A stretch of 55,934 nt of DNA from Oscillospiraceae bacterium (GTDB lineage Bacteria; Bacillota; Clostridia; Oscillospirales; CAG-272): NCBI GenBank assembly GCA_015063495.1, contig SVUB01000001.1, forward strand, positions 1-55,934. The letters are read 5' to 3'. Position 1 is the stretch's first letter; every line of letters begins with the position of its first letter. Under the pieces are notes generated by a model, which did not search any database, was not told the DNA's origin, and was given only the letters and a program-made list of their open reading frames with translations. This document shows positions 55,545 to 55,934 of this stretch, piece by piece. The position numbers and the translations under genes are program-made.

Positions 55545-55647
55545 TTTAGTAATCCTCCGTTTTTATAATTATAATTTTTTGACTTTGTTTTGACAATGCT
55601 CTAAAAATAAGCACGAAAAAAGGAACTCCCTCAGAGCATTGCATTAC

Positions 55648-55677
55648 ATTATACCACAATATACCTCCAAAAGTCAA
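55648..55677 (-). promoter_or_regulatory. sigma-A promoter of ppdK
   Basis: Minus strand: TTGACT (55677-55672), 18 nt, TGgTATAAT (-10 at 55653-55648). The ~95-nt 5' UTR starts with a 9-bp stem (55641-55633 / 55602-55594). Confidence 0.55.
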
Positions 55678-55738
55678 GAGTTTTGGCGACAAATGGTAAA
55701 CTTTTTATTAACTTCGTGAATATCGGCAAAAAAAGTGT

Positions 55739-55767
55739 TTGACAAGAGAGGTAATAATGTATATAAT
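55739..55767 (+). promoter_or_regulatory. sigma-A promoter of pth
   Basis: TTGACA (55739-55744), 17 nt, TATAAT (55762-55767). Confidence 0.6.
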
Positions 55768-55797
55768 TATTAGGTATTCAGTTTATATGGAGATTAT

Positions 55798-55934
55798 ATG
55801 GCAGATATTTTTGATCTATTCAAGCAGATAGCCGACAAAAGGTCTGTTTCTGCGTCCGAGCCGATATCCTGTATTGTAGTGGGACTCGGAAACCCCGGAG
55901 ATAAATACTTCCACACCCGTCACAATGCGGGTTT
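55798..55934 (+). CDS. pth: peptidyl-tRNA hydrolase (5' fragment, continues beyond right edge)
   Basis: Hand translation gives MADIFDLFKQIADKRSVSASEPISCIVVGLGNPGDKYFHTRHNAGF. GLGNPGxxYxxTRHNxGF is the Pth N-terminal signature. RBS GGAG. Confidence 0.88.
   Translation, partial: MADIFDLFKQIADKRSVSASEPISCIVVGLGNPGDKYFHTRHNAG

Noticed and set aside
53007-55568. 853-aa ORF on the + strand, nearly as long as ppdK and fully antisense to it
   Set aside because: It is codon-aligned with ppdK. Its openness only means that ppdK uses no TTA, CTA or TCA codons over ~850 codons, which is strong codon bias in a highly expressed gene. The translation is low-complexity (Cys/Leu/Val/Ser-rich) with no recognisable motif, RBS or promoter, whereas the minus-strand product has all PPDK signatures.

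Overview
This 55.9-kb chromosomal window comes from a spore-forming Firmicute. Gene content suggests Clostridia, Oscillospiraceae/Ruminococcus-like, but that is inference only. All calls rest on motif recognition, synteny and hand translation; no database search was run.

Most of the window is conserved housekeeping:
- Part of a dcw cell-wall/division cluster on the minus strand (mraZ-rsmH-ftsL-like-PBP-murE-murF-mraY-ftsW).
- A pro-sigma-K-like sporulation sigma factor and a PPi-type phosphofructokinase.
- folD-lgt, an M16 peptidase pair, coaD-rsmD, uvrC, ptsH, rimM-trmD and yajC.
- A PiT/PhoU-like phosphate pair and an MBOAT/DHHW O-acyltransferase pair.
- A monocistronic tRNA-Thr(GGU) and a T-box-controlled valS.
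- CIRCE-hrcA-grpE-dnaK-dnaJ-prmA.
- Long-form SRP RNA-dnaX-ybaB-recR.
- An aldo/keto reductase, ppdK and the 5' end of pth.

Items that standard annotation does not explain:
1. Two tandem, partly duplicated structured RNA modules (promoter, nested hairpins, identical terminator) lie upstream of a small secreted Ada-type Zn-ribbon protein. The hairpins show compensatory base changes between the modules.
2. A very AT-rich single-gene cassette encoding an SMI1/KNR4 (SUKH) immunity-like protein is bracketed by an imperfect direct repeat of about 85 bp. The repeat duplicates the ppdK 3' end plus its terminator.
3. An XRE-HTH regulator is fused to a BadF/BcrA-type sugar-kinase fold with a degenerate phosphate-1 motif. 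It shares a 10-nt upstream motif with the neighbouring aldo/keto reductase.
4. A secreted protein combines a ricin lectin, a Big_2 domain and a Cys/His domain.
5. A Wzy_C-like membrane protein is translationally coupled to trmD and followed by two paralogous membrane-anchored proteins.

No transposase, integrase, CRISPR array or recognisable defence system was seen.
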